DNA from: Chthoniobacteraceae bacterium
GTDB lineage: Bacteria > Verrucomicrobiota > Verrucomicrobiia > Chthoniobacterales > Chthoniobacteraceae
Direction: 5' to 3'
DNA length: 64,000 bases
NCBI GenBank assembly: GCA_037190965.1
Contig: JBBCKI010000070.1
Location: 1-64,000 of the forward strand
This document shows, one piece after another, positions 10,495 through 19,742 of the stretch (position 1 is its first letter; each line of letters begins with the position of its first letter). Made by a program: the position numbers and the translations under genes. The notes below the pieces were generated by a model. It worked only from the letters and a program-made list of their open reading frames with translations, was not told the DNA's origin and did not search any database.

Positions 10495-11574
10495 ATGAAG
10501 TTCCCCCGCCTCGCCGTCTCCGCCGTCGTGCTCCTCGCCATCGCGGGCGGAGTTTTCCATATCTGCCGCCGCCCCGCCGCGCCGCTCAGCGCCGAACTTG
10601 CCACCCCCGCGCTGGCGCAGGCGTATCTGAAGAGCGTCATGCCTGACCCGGGCGGAAAACTTTTCTTCACCACGCCCGCTGTCGGGTTCCTCCCCGGCTC
10701 CCCTGAGGCTCTCCAGAAGCAGGCGGTCGAATTCGAGACGGCAGCGCAGGATCCCAAGGCCTGGCGGGCGCTTGACCGCAAGGAACGCTTCGACGCCTTG
10801 TGGCTGATGGGCAGCCCGGCCGGATTTCGCCCCCTTCTCGACCATCTCCGCCCGGCTGCGGACTGGAAGCTGACTTACATCGACCCGACAAGCCTCGTCT
10901 ATCGACGCTCTCCCGCCACCGCCTGGACTCCCAAAGATTTGGAAGGGCTTAAAGCCACCTTCGCCTCACACTCCAAAGCGGAACAGGTGACCATGCGCGT
11001 CCAGACCGCACACCGGCTCGCCGCCATCGGCGAGCTTCAGGCTGCAAAGGGGCTCATTGATGAAGCCATCGCGCTCGACGCCGGCTCCTCCCCGGCCTGG
11101 ACGGAACTCGCCTGCTGGCATGCCGCGCAGGGCCAATGGGATCGCGCGCTGGAAACTTCCGAACGCGCCCTCAAAAACGACAAAAACTACTTCCCGGCGC
11201 TCGCGGCGCGAGCCAACGCGCTCTTTGCGCACGGGAAATTCAACGAGGCCCTCAAGTTAACCCGCCGCCTTGTCGCGGACGCCCCCGGCGATGGCCCCAA
11301 CCTCTATCTTCACGCCAAGGTGACGCATGCCGCGCACGCCTACACGGAGGAGATCGAAACGTTGCTCAAAATCATCGGGATCGCCGAAACGCGCTCAATG
11401 CCGACGGGCACGTGGCGCATCTTCCTGGCTCAGGCCTACGGGGCCACCGGGCAGGCGGAACCCGCGCTGGAACAGTTCGAAGCGGCACTCAAAGAACCCG
11501 GCCTCTCGGCGAAAGAACGGGCCTTTGCCGAGAAGGCCATGGAACGAATCCGCAGCCGCGAGCCGATCCTTTAA
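10495..11574 (+). CDS. membrane-anchored tetratricopeptide repeat protein
   Basis: N-terminal hydrophobic anchor (MKFPRLAVSAVVLLAIAGGVF) and several TPR-like helical repeats in the C-terminal half. Confidence 0.75.
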   Translation: MKFPRLAVSAVVLLAIAGGVFHICRRPAAPLSAELATPALAQAYLKSVMPDPGGKLFFTTPAVGFLPGSPEALQKQAVEFETAAQDPKAWRALDRKERFDALWLMGSPAGFRPLLDHLRPAADWKLTYIDPTSLVYRRSPATAWTPKDLEGLKATFASHSKAEQVTMRVQTAHRLAAIGELQAAKGLIDEAIALDAGSSPAWTELACWHAAQGQWDRALETSERALKNDKNYFPALAARANALFAHGKFNEALKLTRRLVADAPGDGPNLYLHAKVTHAAHAYTEEIETLLKIIGIAETRSMPTGTWRIFLAQAYGATGQAEPALEQFEAALKEPGLSAKERAFAEKAMERIRSREPIL

Positions 11575-11582
11575 GGGACGCC

Positions 11583-11966
11583 CTAACTCCCGGAAATCTG
11601 CTCCCGGTACTGGTCGGCGCTTTTCAGTGCATCCAATTCTTCCGGAGCGTCCAGTGAGAGGACGAAGATCCAGCCGTTGCCAAACGGGTCGCTGTTCACG
11701 AGCGCGGGGTCGGCTTCCAACGCCGTGTTGACCTCGACGACCGTGCCGCTGACAGGAGCGTAGATGTCGCTGGCGGCTTTCACCGATTCCACCACGGCGA
11801 TGGGCTGCCGGGCTTCGACTTTCGTGCCGACTTTGGGGAGCTCCACATAGACCACGTCGCTCAATTCGGCTTGGGCGTGGTCCGTGATTCCGATGCGGAC
11901 CTGGTTCCCCTCGGGGCGGCTCCACTCGTGTGATTCGGCGTACTTGAGATCGTCAGGAACGTTCAT
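11583..11966 (-). CDS. gcvH: glycine cleavage system H protein
   Basis: PDDLKYAESHEW, GITDHAQ, lipoyl-Lys motif VESVKAASDIYAPVSG, NSDPFGNGW. Confidence 0.96.
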   Translation of the reverse strand: MNVPDDLKYAESHEWSRPEGNQVRIGITDHAQAELSDVVYVELPKVGTKVEARQPIAVVESVKAASDIYAPVSGTVVEVNTALEADPALVNSDPFGNGWIFVLSLDAPEELDALKSADQYREQISGS

Positions 11967-11983
11967 GGCTAAACAAGGTAGGG

Positions 11984-13093
11984 TTACGATTTGCGATAAA
12001 GGGGCTTCTTCTCGATCATGGCGGCGAATCGCCGGCCGCGGATATCGATTTCGATCTCTTCGTTAATCCGCGCGATGCCGGTCGGCACATAAGCCATTCC
12101 GATTCCCACACCGAGGGAAGGCGATAGACTGCCGCTGGTCGTTTCCGCCACGGTTTCGCCTTCTTTGACCACCGGGTAATGCGCCCGGGGCGGCGGGCTC
12201 TTCTCCAGCATTCTGAAGGGGACGAGCCGGGATTTGACCCCCTCGGCCTTCTGGGCCGCGAGCACATCGCGCCCAATGAAGGAGGGCTTCTGCAGATCGA
12301 CGAAAAAGGACATGCCCGCTTCCAGCGGCGTCCGCTCGGGTGAAAGATCGGACCCGTTGAGCGGATAACACATCTCCAGCCTCAGGGTATCGCGCGAACC
12401 GAGGCCGCACGGTTTGATGCCGAACTCGGCTCCCGCTTCCAGGATTTCGCTCCAGATCTTTTCGGCGCAATCGGCCGGGAGGAAAAGCTCGAAACCATCT
12501 TCGCCGGTGTACCCGGTACGGGCGATCAACAGCTCGATCGAGCCGACCCTGATTGGCTTGATCTCATTGCGGCCAGGGAGTGAAACCTTTCCGTCAAAAT
12601 ATTTATCAAACAAGGCGACCGAACGCGGCCCCTGGATCGCGAGCCCCGCATATTCGTCGCTCTTATCCTCCAGAGTAACCCCCTCCTGAAGATGCTGCTG
12701 CATCCAGGCGACGTCCTCCTCAATCTTCGACGCGTTGACGACGAGGAGAAACACCCCGTTCGCGTAATGATACACCAACAGGTCGTCGATCACGCCTCCG
12801 CGCTCATTGAGCATGAAGGTGTAGTGGCACTGGCCGGGTTCAAGGCGGTCGATGTTGTTGGTCAGTAACTGGTTGAGCCATGGCTTTGCCTGCGGCCCGC
12901 TGACGATGACTTCCCCCATGTGCGAGATGTCAAAAATCCCAAGGGCATTGCGGACGGCGTGATGTTCGTCCATAATCCCCGAATACTGGACCGGCATCAG
13001 CCACCCGCCGAAATCGACAAGTTTCGCGCCCGCTTTGACGTGTTCCCCGTACAGCGGTGTTTTTTTCAGACTGGAATTAGCTTCGCTCGACAC
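11984..13093 (-). CDS. gcvT: glycine cleavage system aminomethyltransferase T
   Basis: KTPLY, DFGGWLMPVQY, FDISHMG, ARTGYTGEDGFE and GLGSRDTLRLE motifs; GTG start. Confidence 0.96.
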   Translation of the reverse strand: MSSEANSSLKKTPLYGEHVKAGAKLVDFGGWLMPVQYSGIMDEHHAVRNALGIFDISHMGEVIVSGPQAKPWLNQLLTNNIDRLEPGQCHYTFMLNERGGVIDDLLVYHYANGVFLLVVNASKIEEDVAWMQQHLQEGVTLEDKSDEYAGLAIQGPRSVALFDKYFDGKVSLPGRNEIKPIRVGSIELLIARTGYTGEDGFELFLPADCAEKIWSEILEAGAEFGIKPCGLGSRDTLRLEMCYPLNGSDLSPERTPLEAGMSFFVDLQKPSFIGRDVLAAQKAEGVKSRLVPFRMLEKSPPPRAHYPVVKEGETVAETTSGSLSPSLGVGIGMAYVPTGIARINEEIEIDIRGRRFAAMIEKKPLYRKS

Positions 13094-13099
13094 GCGGCC

Positions 13100-13128
13100 A
13101 AGCTAGGATTCAGCCCATCCGATGTCAA
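13100..13128 (-). promoter_or_regulatory. sigma70 promoter of gcvT (leaderless geometry)
   Basis: Minus strand TTGACA-17 nt-TAGCTT, then 6 nt, then the GTG start. Confidence 0.7.
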
Positions 13129-13143
13129 AAGGTTAAACCTGAA

Positions 13144-13917
13144 ATGAATGTAATCGACTCTCTGGAGCGCCGCTTTGGACGGTTTGCAATTCCCGGCCTG
13201 ATCCGGATCATTGCGGCCTTCAATGCGCTCGTTTTCATCCTTGGAAAATTGAATCCGGCTCTCCTCGGCTTTCTCGACCTCACCAGGGAAGGCATCGCGC
13301 GCCATGAATACTGGCGGCTGGTCACCTATATCTTCATCCCGCAGACGACGAGTTACCTGTTCATTTTTTTCGCCCTGAGCTGGCTCTGGATGCTGGGCGA
13401 AGGGCTGGAACGCGCCTGGGGGGCCTTCAAGGTCAACCTTTTCTACCTGGTCGGGATGATCGGCACGACACTGGCGGCGCTCTTTTTCGGGTCGGAGTTC
13501 TCCAACACGATGCTCAACCTCTCCCTGCTCTTCGCGTTTGCCCGGTATTACCCGGACCAGATGCTCCTTTTCCCGCCGATCCCCATTCGCTGGATGGCCT
13601 GGATCCTCTTCGCCCTGTTGCTGGTCAACTTTGCCACGTCTTCGATGGCCTACCAGATGGCGCTCCTGGCTGCGATGGCCAACTATGCCCTCTTCCTGGG
13701 TCCCGAAATCGTCGCGCAAGCACGCCAACGCCGCGAGGTGACGGTCCGCCGCCGCCGGTTCGAGGAATCCTCCGTTCCCGACGATGAGCCCCTGCACCGT
13801 TGCACGGTCTGCAAGCGAAGCGAAATCGGCAATCCGGACCTGGAATTCCGGGTCAGCCGGGACGGCAATGAATATTGCATGGAACACCTTCCCTCGCGGA
13901 CGACAACGCCCTCTTAG
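13144..13917 (+). CDS. rhomboid/derlin-like membrane protein with a C-terminal Cys/His zinc-finger-like tail
   Basis: EYWRLVTYIF (WR motif), LGEGLERAWG, about 6 TM segments, tail HRCTVC...EYCMEH. Confidence 0.7.
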   Translation: MNVIDSLERRFGRFAIPGLIRIIAAFNALVFILGKLNPALLGFLDLTREGIARHEYWRLVTYIFIPQTTSYLFIFFALSWLWMLGEGLERAWGAFKVNLFYLVGMIGTTLAALFFGSEFSNTMLNLSLLFAFARYYPDQMLLFPPIPIRWMAWILFALLLVNFATSSMAYQMALLAAMANYALFLGPEIVAQARQRREVTVRRRRFEESSVPDDEPLHRCTVCKRSEIGNPDLEFRVSRDGNEYCMEHLPSRTTTPS

Positions 13918-14030
13918 CCTAAAAGCGGTGATGGGAGGGGATGAGCTGGCGCAAGATGCTGAGCCTCGACGAAAGTCACTCGCGGCCAGCAGACCGCGTC
14001 AGATCGCCGATCCATTGCCGCTTTTAGGCT
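13916..14030 (+). other. long rod-like inverted-repeat element (structured RNA or MITE-like)
   Basis: Arms 13916-13934 and 14012-14030 pair over 19 bp (2 G-U on the + strand); inner stems and a central GAC-GAAA-GTC apex. Confidence 0.55.
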
Positions 14031-14139
14031 TAGGGTAATCGTTGACTTGCGCCTGCATTGAAACGGACTAGGCTGATTGCCCCCTGCGGAACCCGCTCCG
14101 GAGCCGTTCTCCCGGTGATTTTCCCCACGGATTCTCTCC

Positions 14140-15405
14140 ATGAAATTCTATGTGACCTTCTTCGTCTCGTTCTTCGCGACGGACCTGTTCATCTGGTGGT
14201 GCGGCAATCGGATCCTGCGAAAGATCTCCGCCCGGCGCGGGCTCGTCCGCGCTTTTCATCTTTTCATGGCTTTCCAGACGGTCTCCCAGGCCATCATCGT
14301 TTTTGCCCGTCTCAATCAGATGAACGTCGACGCGCTGCTGCCGATGCCGTTCATGATTGCCACGTTCATCTGGCATTTGATCCTCGCGCCGGTTGCGTTG
14401 GTCCTCAACCTCCTGGAGTTGGTGCGCGAAGCGGTGGTCGCTGCCGTGAGATTTTTTCGGTCGCGGAGGAAGGTGGAAGCCGAACTCGTGGCCAAGGCGG
14501 ATCCTGAACCCGAAAAACTGCCCGCCCCCAACGCGGTGTCGCGCCGGGAATTCCTGAGCGCGGCGGTGGCGTTGACGCCGCCTCTCTTTACCGTCTCGAT
14601 CAGCGCAATCGCCAGCGAGCAACTCCAGAGATTCCGAATTCGCCGCGTCACGGCGGTGATCCCCCAGTTGCCGGGCGAGCTGGAGGGAATGACCATCGCG
14701 CATGTCAGCGACACACACGTGGGGCGTTTCAGCCACGGCGAAGTGCTGCAGAAAATTTCCGAGGCGACCAACAACCTGAAGGCCGACATGGTTGTTTTTA
14801 CGGGCGATCTCATCAACGATTCGCTTCGCTGGATGCCCGATGCCATCGAGATGCTCCGGAAGATCGACAACCGCGTGGTGCTTTGCGAAGGCAACCACGA
14901 TTTGATCGATGACCCATTTGAATTCCGCACCCGCATCAAATCGACGCCGGATCTCAGCCTTCTGATCAACGAATCGCACACCGTAAACTTTCGCGGCGTC
15001 CCGATCCAGTTTCTGGGGCTTTGCTGGGGCGGCCCCGGCACCAGCATAAAGCGGCAGTGGAACGAGGAGTATACCCTCGCCCAATCCACCGCCCATCTCC
15101 TGCGGATGCGCAATCCTTCGGCATTCCCGATCATGCTCGCGCATCATCCCCACGCCTGGGATCACGCGAAGGACATTCCGTTGACACTGGCCGGTCACAC
15201 ACACGGCGGCCAACTGATGCTCAACGAAAAACTCGGCGCTGGCTCCATCATGTTCCGCTATTGGTCCGGGCTCTACACCCGCCAGGCCACAGACGAGCAT
15301 TCCGCCGGGGCGCTGGTGGTTTCCAACGGCGTGGGCAATTGGTTCCCGCTCCGTGTTTCGGCACCCGCCGAAATCATTCACATCACGCTGCGCCGCTCCG
15401 CGTAA
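14140..15405 (+). CDS. membrane-bound metallophosphoesterase (YkuE/YaeI-like)
   Basis: Calcineurin-like motifs SDTHVG, TGDLIN, GNHD, LAHHP, AGHTHGGQ and VSNGVG; N-terminal TMs and an internal SRREFL. Confidence 0.9.
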   Translation: MKFYVTFFVSFFATDLFIWWCGNRILRKISARRGLVRAFHLFMAFQTVSQAIIVFARLNQMNVDALLPMPFMIATFIWHLILAPVALVLNLLELVREAVVAAVRFFRSRRKVEAELVAKADPEPEKLPAPNAVSRREFLSAAVALTPPLFTVSISAIASEQLQRFRIRRVTAVIPQLPGELEGMTIAHVSDTHVGRFSHGEVLQKISEATNNLKADMVVFTGDLINDSLRWMPDAIEMLRKIDNRVVLCEGNHDLIDDPFEFRTRIKSTPDLSLLINESHTVNFRGVPIQFLGLCWGGPGTSIKRQWNEEYTLAQSTAHLLRMRNPSAFPIMLAHHPHAWDHAKDIPLTLAGHTHGGQLMLNEKLGAGSIMFRYWSGLYTRQATDEHSAGALVVSNGVGNWFPLRVSAPAEIIHITLRRSA

Positions 15406-15437
15406 TAGCTACGGACGAGAGGGGCGGTAAAAAGAAT

Positions 15438-15595
15438 GGTGCGGCAGCACTAGTAGCCCGCTCGCGCTGTCGAGCGCCGGGTTCGACTCTCGTGGCCTCA
15501 TAAAGGTATCTCCCAGTACCAGCAGCCCGTCCTGCGGGGATGGCGCCAAACGCGACTCTTCACCGATCCCGCGCTCTCGGCGAGAGCGGGCTACC
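15438..15595. repeat. REP doublet (REPIN-like) element, copy 1
   Basis: GGTGCGGCAGCAC-TA-GTAGCCCGCTCGCG...CGAGAGCGGGCTAC; similar copies at 28303 and 47414. Confidence 0.85.
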
Positions 15596-16219
15596 TTACT
15601 TCGGGGAATATGCCTCCGAATGCCGTCGATGACGCTCCCAGTTGGCGGCGTAGCGTTGGACGAGTTCCTTCTCGCCACGGATGATGAGGAGATTCTCCGC
15701 ATTGCGAGATTCCGCCGCGTTGGTGAAATTAAAGGAGCCGGTGATGACGGTTTCCCCGTCGATCACCATCACCTTGTCATGCGCGATGGCGTGGTTGGCA
15801 TCGATTAATACGGGAATGCCTCCGTGTGCGATGAAATCGGCGGAAGTGTAGCGTTCGCCGCGCTGGCTTTTATCGAGAATGACGCAGACGTCGACGCCCC
15901 GCCGCTTTGCTTCCACCAGCGCCTTGGCAATCGCCCTCGAAGTGAAGGTGTACGCCTGTACGCGGATGCTCGTTTTCGCGCGGCTCAATTCCCTCACAAT
16001 GGCGTCGGTGCCGCCTCCGTCGGGGGAAAAATAAACCTCCCAACTCTCCGGTCGCGCCGGAAAGACAGAGAGAGCGGGCGTTGTGGATTGATGCTGCCGG
16101 TCCAGCAAAAACACCCCCGTGACGGCAAACATCGCCGCCGCGATTGCCAGCGGCGTCCGTCTCCCCGACCGGGTCCGTCCCCTCCGGCGGTCCGAAATTT
16201 TGGGGCTGAGCGGATTCAC
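15596..16219 (-). CDS. phospholipase D-family nuclease (Nuc-like, single HKD)
   Basis: EVYFSPDGG, QAYTFTS, AHDKVMVIDGETVITGSFNFT and NAEN motifs; N-terminal hydrophobic segment; exact start uncertain. Confidence 0.88.
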   Translation of the reverse strand: MNPLSPKISDRRRGRTRSGRRTPLAIAAAMFAVTGVFLLDRQHQSTTPALSVFPARPESWEVYFSPDGGGTDAIVRELSRAKTSIRVQAYTFTSRAIAKALVEAKRRGVDVCVILDKSQRGERYTSADFIAHGGIPVLIDANHAIAHDKVMVIDGETVITGSFNFTNAAESRNAENLLIIRGEKELVQRYAANWERHRRHSEAYSPK

Positions 16220-16233
16220 GGCAGGGAGGCTGC

Positions 16234-18024
16234 CTATGGCTTCTTCTGGCTCTCCTGAAGGAGTTTGGCCCCGCCAAGCTCAGCCGCGCCCGCTTTTCCC
16301 ATGTCCGTCCAGAGCGTGCCCGCGCCGCTATGGAGAATATTGATCTTCAGGTCGCCATTGAGCGAATTCGCCAATGTCCAAAGGTTGTAGGCGGCAGGGT
16401 CGCCGAAGGATTTGATCTTCACCTGATACCCTTTCGCCTTCTCGCCTTCAACGAGCCGGATCACGTCGGCCTTTGCCTTTCCGAGCACGGTGGTCTTCTG
16501 CGCGCGAACGCCTGCGGTCTCCTTCTCGATCTCGGCAACGCTCTTGAGCGTCTGCCCGCCGATCTCGGCAACCTGTTTCTCCTTGTCGGCATTGATCTCG
16601 GCCCGGAGCTTCTCGGTCTCCTGTTTGACCTCCTGGCTGCGCTGGTCGATGAGGCTCAACTCGGTATTAAGCTCAGCCTGTTTTTTGGCGGTATTCTGCT
16701 TCTCCTGGTTGGTGAGATCCCGTTCCTGCGCGATGCTGGCCTGCTGGATCGGGTCAAGGATCTGCCTGGGGACGTTGACGTGACGAATGAGCGCGTTGTG
16801 AATGACGATCTTCTTCTCACTCAAGGTCTTGGCCAGAGCATCGGTCATGTCGTTCTGAAACTTTTCGCGGCCCTCGCCAACGATGAAGTCGCGCGCGCCA
16901 TAAGCGGAACCCTTCAACCGCGAGATGGAGAGAATCTGCGGCATGATGACCTTCTCCACCGCAGCGGGAAGATCGCCGTAGTTTCGGAAAACCGAGGCGA
17001 GGTTGTCGGGCAACAACTCGAATTCAACCGTCATATCGAGGCTGATCTCAAAGCCGTCCTTGGAGGGGAACTCGACGAACTGGTTGAGAATGAAAGCAGG
17101 CTCCCCATGAAGGCCGCTTCCTTTGCCGAGAGCCGTCGTTGGCGGCGCAGGAGGGGGCTCCGACGCGACCTCCAAAGCGGGCTTCGTGACAGGGCTCTTG
17201 CGGCTCAGGCGGACGAGGGAATCGGGCGAGCTACTATCCAAAGAGAGCTTGCTGGCAGGCTTCGCCTTGTAGCTGCTGCCCTCGTTCTCCATATACGACT
17301 GCCGCCTCGCCTGCTGTTCGGCGAGCAGCTTGTTCTGCAACTCGTTGACCGCGACGTTGTTGGTCGAGATCTGGCTCTTGGTGATGACACCGCCCGTCTT
17401 CCCCATCAGGGCGACCTGATTGACGCCGACCTCCACGATATCGATTTTGAACTGCCGCGGATTGACGTAATACAGGCCGGGCTGAAGCACGTCGGCGCGC
17501 ACCCCTTTTTCCCCGGGCCCCGCAAACTGGCCTTCCGCCGCCTGCTTGCCCGAAAGCGAGGTAACAACGCCCACATAGCCGATCGGGACGCTGATCGCAT
17601 CCACAATATCGACCTGATAGCCGACCGGGTTGAGCCTGTATTTCCCGGGGCCAAGCACCTGCTTCCATATCCCCTTCTGCCCCGCGTCGGCAAGGAACTC
17701 GCCCTGCGGAAGCTCTTCGCCGACCTTGGAGGTCACAATGCCGACCTTGCCGGGAGGGATCAGCGTGGCGGAAACAATCTGGTGCGCGTACGCGACGGGG
17801 TTCAGGAAGTGACGGCCTTCGCCGAGGACTTTCTCCTGCACGCCCCGCTGGCCTTCGCGCGCGAGAATCTCGCCGGGCGGCAGCGGATCGCCGCCTTTGG
17901 CGGTGATGACAGCAATTTCTCCCGGGCCGACATAAAACCGGCAGAAGGTCCATTGCCAGAAGCCCCAGGCGGCAGCAATCACGGCGACTCCGCCAATAAC
18001 GGTGGTAAGGGTGGAACGGTTCAT
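16234..18024 (-). CDS. SPFH/band-7 domain protein with three N-terminal repeats
   Basis: TM anchor; three GxxGxxxxVLxxGxxxxNP repeats; FPSKDGFEISLDMTVEF SPFH core; Ala/Glu/Gln/Lys-rich coiled coil. Confidence 0.85.
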   Translation of the reverse strand: MNRSTLTTVIGGVAVIAAAWGFWQWTFCRFYVGPGEIAVITAKGGDPLPPGEILAREGQRGVQEKVLGEGRHFLNPVAYAHQIVSATLIPPGKVGIVTSKVGEELPQGEFLADAGQKGIWKQVLGPGKYRLNPVGYQVDIVDAISVPIGYVGVVTSLSGKQAAEGQFAGPGEKGVRADVLQPGLYYVNPRQFKIDIVEVGVNQVALMGKTGGVITKSQISTNNVAVNELQNKLLAEQQARRQSYMENEGSSYKAKPASKLSLDSSSPDSLVRLSRKSPVTKPALEVASEPPPAPPTTALGKGSGLHGEPAFILNQFVEFPSKDGFEISLDMTVEFELLPDNLASVFRNYGDLPAAVEKVIMPQILSISRLKGSAYGARDFIVGEGREKFQNDMTDALAKTLSEKKIVIHNALIRHVNVPRQILDPIQQASIAQERDLTNQEKQNTAKKQAELNTELSLIDQRSQEVKQETEKLRAEINADKEKQVAEIGGQTLKSVAEIEKETAGVRAQKTTVLGKAKADVIRLVEGEKAKGYQVKIKSFGDPAAYNLWTLANSLNGDLKINILHSGAGTLWTDMGKAGAAELGGAKLLQESQKKP

Positions 18025-18033
18025 GGCAGGGTT

Positions 18034-19554
18034 CTACTTGTTGGGAAGGAACGGTTTGAAGAGACCGCCCAGGCCGCTCTCATCGTCTCCGGCGAGGATC
18101 GATTGCACGCGGGGTCCGATCTTCTGGTAAAGCTCGTATCGGGCAAAGTTCATGCCGCTGCCGAATGCCTGGATCTGTCCGGCAATGACGTTGGCGTTGG
18201 CTTCGTTGGCGAGTTCGATGACTTTCCGCTCCGCCTCGGCCTGGAGGAGGATGGCGTCGGCCTGCGCCTCGGCGGCGGCGGTCTCCAGCCTGGCAACCTC
18301 CAACTGCTGGCGGGCTGAAATGAGGCGGACTTCCTGATCCTGCCGCGCGCCGATCACCGCGCGCAGGCGAACGGTCTCCGCCTCCACCTTCTCCTTGTTC
18401 TGCTCGGCGAGCATTTCCTGGCGGGCCAGTTCGGCCTGCGACTTGGCCTGCAAAATCTGCTGCTCGATCTTCCGGGCATCCTGCACGGCAATTTCCCGCT
18501 CTCGGATGACACTGGCGATCTCATCGGGCGGGGTGATGTTGCGGATCAATACGGAGCGCACGGCCACGCCGGAGCTTAGGCAATGCGACCGGAGGTGCGT
18601 CTCCAGGTTATTCTGAAACTGCTGGCGCGTCAGGCCAGTGATGTAATTTTTCGCCGGGTTTTTGCTCCCCTCGATGCGGCTGAACCCGCGAGCCAGCGGC
18701 ATGATGATCTTCTTGATGATGTCCTCCATGTCGCCGACGCGGTGGGTCAACTGCGCCACCTTTTGCGGGATGAGGGCATACTCGATAGTACCTTCGACGT
18801 GAACGATAAAGCCGTCCACGGTCAGAAAGTTAATGGCGTCCTCCCCGCTCATCTCGAAGCGCTGGCTTTGAAGGTTCACCTCGGCCACGGTGACGGTGTA
18901 CGGGTTGAGATAATAGGTGCCGGGATCGAGAATCTCGGGCTGCACCCCTTTGAAACCTTTGGGAGCAAGGTAGGTATTACGGCTTTCCGCAGGGATCTCC
19001 TTGCTGAAAAGATCCTCGCCCACCAGCGAGGTGACCGTCCCGGCGTACCCGGCGCGGATCTGCGTGGCGTCAAAAAGTTCGACATGATAGGCATACGGGT
19101 TGATCCGGTATTTGCCGGGCCGCAGCACCTCGGCCACGATCCCTTTCGTTCCCTCGGTGGCGACGATCTGCCCATCGGGGAGGTTCTCACCGTAGAGCCG
19201 CGTGAGGACACCTAGCTTCCCGGCGGGAATGTCGGTCGTCTTCTTGATCTCCCAGGCCCACGAATAAGGATTCTTGAAGTAGCGCCCCTCCGGGAGCACC
19301 TCCAGGCTGATCCCCTGTTCATTCGGTGCGGTGGCCAGCACCTGCCCGGGAGGCAATGCCTTGCCGGTTTTGTGGATCAACACGGCGAACTCTCCGGGGC
19401 CCGGCTCGATCCGGCAAAACACCCAGAAGTAAACCGCCCCGAACCAGAGCGCCCCGATCAGCACCGCCACGTAAGCAACAGAGACAAACGGGCCGAAACC
19501 TTTGCCGGGACTATTGCCGAAGACTTCGTCGAGAGGGGAGCGTTGTTCTTTCAT
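18034..19554 (-). CDS. SPFH/band-7 domain protein with three N-terminal repeats
   Basis: TM anchor; VLPEGRYFKNPY, VLRPGKYRINPY and ILDPGTYYLNPY repeats; FLTVDGFIVHVEGTIEY; coiled-coil tail. Confidence 0.85.
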   Translation of the reverse strand: MKEQRSPLDEVFGNSPGKGFGPFVSVAYVAVLIGALWFGAVYFWVFCRIEPGPGEFAVLIHKTGKALPPGQVLATAPNEQGISLEVLPEGRYFKNPYSWAWEIKKTTDIPAGKLGVLTRLYGENLPDGQIVATEGTKGIVAEVLRPGKYRINPYAYHVELFDATQIRAGYAGTVTSLVGEDLFSKEIPAESRNTYLAPKGFKGVQPEILDPGTYYLNPYTVTVAEVNLQSQRFEMSGEDAINFLTVDGFIVHVEGTIEYALIPQKVAQLTHRVGDMEDIIKKIIMPLARGFSRIEGSKNPAKNYITGLTRQQFQNNLETHLRSHCLSSGVAVRSVLIRNITPPDEIASVIREREIAVQDARKIEQQILQAKSQAELARQEMLAEQNKEKVEAETVRLRAVIGARQDQEVRLISARQQLEVARLETAAAEAQADAILLQAEAERKVIELANEANANVIAGQIQAFGSGMNFARYELYQKIGPRVQSILAGDDESGLGGLFKPFLPNK

Positions 19555-19590
19555 AACGGGGTAAACTGGTTCCGGCCCTGGCCGAGCGGC

Positions 19591-19618
19591 AGTCTACCGG
19601 GAAAACCTGTAATGGCAA
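19591..19618 (-). promoter_or_regulatory. putative sigma70 promoter of the SPFH operon
   Basis: Minus strand TTGCCA-16 nt-TAGACT about 35 nt upstream of the ATG. Confidence 0.55.
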
Positions 19619-19742
19619 GACGGGGAATGTCGCGGTTGCGAGCGCCCCGGGGAGGCGTAAGTTAAAAGTGGGAAGGCAAGATTCCGCTGGTTCTGAAAAG
19701 AACTGGTTCCCGGCCGAAAGGCGGGGAGAAAACAACGGAGTT

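Noticed and set aside
13916..14030. SRP (4.5S) RNA identity for the 115-nt hairpin
   Set aside because: Size and rod shape fit, but I do not see the conserved domain IV CAGG...GGAA...AGCA pattern on either strand.
16330..18318. 662-aa ORF on the + strand
   Set aside because: Antisense shadow of the SPFH genes.
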